Source: a virus. Taken from it: a stretch of 64,000 nucleotides of DNA. The stretch spans positions 1-64,000 of the IMG/VR virus record IMGVR_UViG_3300045988_132434. One strand, 5' to 3'. The notes beneath the pieces are model-generated. The model had not been told where the DNA came from. It made no database searches and saw only the letters and a list, made by a program, of their open reading frames with translations. Shown piece by piece: positions 63,501 to 64,000 of the stretch (position 1 is its first letter; each line of letters starts with the position of its first letter). Position numbers and translations under genes: made by a program.

Positions 63501-64000
63501 GCCCAGTCGTCAATGGAGAATTTCTCTCCTGCTGACTTAGCGGTGATACAGCGTAATATATCCTTGTTATACTTGATTCCGTCAGATGAATATACAGCAT
63601 AAACCCATAAATCATTTACATCATAAGGTGGTGTAGGTGTTGTGCCGAATATGCGCTTCTTCTCTCCTGCAAGAGCAAGAGCCTTCGTAATATCCTCATC
63701 GGTAATTATTGCCCACGTATATGTATTCGTTGAGTCTTTCAAGAAACGATATGCCTTGCCACTCGCCTTGTCATAATAGAGGTCTCCGATGTGTTTGTTT
63801 TTCGTATCGTCGTCAGTCCAACCTTGCGCAGGGAGATTTTCAAGAGTAGGCTCTCCTTCATAATACCATGTCTCGATTGCGCCATCAATCTGGTTTTGCA
63901 GAGAGCCGATTATCTCGGAGTTATTGATGAGGTTCTTTACATCATCGCTCGATAGCGTATTGTCTTTGATATACGTATTTATATCCTTATCTCCAACGGT
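60581..64000 (-). CDS. tail fibre / receptor-binding protein, 5' end off window
   Basis: Over 1100 aa and rich in G, S, T and N, with a C-terminal coiled coil (LNQSVSALQGRCTSLEQRVSALENKV). The frame stays open upstream of the TTG at 63742 (…DLYYDKASGKAYRFLKDSTNTY) over the ~100 nt I translated. Confidence 0.65.
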   Translation of the reverse strand, partial: TVGDKDINTYIKDNTLSSDDVKNLINNSEIIGSLQNQIDGAIETWYYEGEPTLENLPAQGWTDDDTKNKHIGDLYYDKASGKAYRFLKDSTNTYTWAIITDEDITKALALAGEKKRIFGTTPTPPYDVNDLWVYAVYSSDGIKYNKDILRCITAKSAGEKFSIDDWALASDYATNTKVAQLDYLKDALKNDTVVDGGLILSTLIALRDKSKNIQSGINGAVQDAKYKGGGIAAWYGGEMGDIEDKSNYSGVTNWAKSLLRFDGSGYLANGNISWGSTGNVTIKDLSALINSDKTDVLNVLASISGMFSTTVKGSEVLLIPQKIFGELFIERLRQEDLDNNDVVLTQKELKDRFVTIDWFNKVFSVVDDKKSDLPVNGNISSGASIRAKMSLWSDGGISALGNSASSGGSGGGGLDAELLWSLLGNSGTEQISKSHLADALAGYATEDWVEGKGYLTSHQDISGKADRSELLGYLPLTGGTLTGSLNLGSNTLFAENLSLTNVTDNWNFNHADNRLRFLYCTNKTAIGAPGTYWSGISAITGYTGFQLATYGSLELPYLYFRHIGDRNSWSDWWRVYHEGFKPTKSDVGLGNVDNTADANKSVSYATTANKLDNSAGSETLPIYFKEGKPTAISYSLGANVKKYLGSLASSGWKLAGGLTNGSIIQVSYNNNPALWNSGRYSSSIVFGTGDIKGLLDCHYYNPIISFGGGQANESEDSPHWYFKLHGTSECTYTFPTSSKTLAANDGSNATGTWGINITGNAGSANSVTWSNVSGKPTTLSGYGITDGLYCSQVSVQHTTLDWIKAAANSHRRAFIYNTSGEEYSYLIGMENYNSQVQYGAILKMGYADTYLRILRKRGGKWSSDDWEKISAGYADSAAQVTNSLSWSGYSSGSYNGSTAQSISIPNNTNQLTNGAGYITSSASITGNAATATKLQTARTIWGQRFDGTDNITGRFTCDRIHIGNTDELWCDTALFIQYGNSSRANVYICASSSSNVGSGNVGIGTTSPTHKLHVNGDMATTGRAIVDSLQIGNITISYDAANKGLRIAGGGLYTDSYLSSLGVDASTALSVKKWADSIDLTEESDSELATAYSIGNLYRLINSNQKSITQSLNQSVSALQGRCTSLEQRVSALENKVNK

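Noticed and set aside
60581-64000. Diversity-generating retroelement or retron associated with the tail fibre.
   Set aside because: No reverse-transcriptase-like ORF (no YxDD-type motif seen) and no template-repeat copy of the fibre 3' end was noticed anywhere in the window.
1-64000. Integrase/attP-based temperate module.
   Set aside because: No ORF shows tyrosine- or serine-recombinase hallmarks. The only att-like clue is the tRNA 3' fragment at 49951-49981, reported separately at low interest.

Overview
The window is almost entirely a tailed-phage genome from a Bacteroidota host. The host call rests on many TAnnTTTG -7 promoter boxes and the absence of Shine-Dalgarno sites. The phage also carries a plasmid-type maintenance module: a Rep_3-like initiator, a palindromic origin with 22-bp-phased iterons, ParA, an RHH ParG-like protein and TG-rich centromere-like repeats. 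I recognise no integrase, recombinase or reverse transcriptase, so the best reading is a phage-plasmid.

Layout:
- 1-5190, leftward: nucleotide-metabolism genes (MazG-like, divergent ThyX-like, Gmk-like kinase), a permuted tRNA-like element and a BT4734/VirE_N-like protein.
- 5433-8901, rightward: an operon of small membrane and Cys-rich proteins, followed by an AT-rich LysR moron.
- 9617-16793, leftward: tape measure operon and a holin-like gene.
- 16960-22796, rightward: putative TerS, PAPS-reductase-like protein, two DNA methyltransferases and TerL.
- 22945-35963, leftward: small unknown genes, then replication genes (sliding clamp, SSB, ASCH, primase-helicase, DnaQ-like exonuclease).
- 36089: an XRE-like regulator at an interleaved divergent promoter pair.
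- 38390-42650: Rep, origin and Par module.
- 42727-45692: operon of a membrane-anchored truncated NAD-ligase-like protein, a secreted protein and an Mfa2-like lipoprotein.
- 45733-56118: about 25 small leftward accessory genes, many very acidic, separated by repeated intergenic cassettes.
- 56155-57124: immunity-like region.
- 58137-64000, leftward: tail and tail-fibre genes running off the window.

Most unusual signals:
- a circularly permuted tRNA-like element
- a tail-anchored LigA core
- clustered G8-G9/C8 tracts in DNA-modification genes
- a 38-nt element repeated immediately 5' of three start codons
- a GC-rich insert in the immunity region

All calls come from reading motifs by eye; no database search was run.
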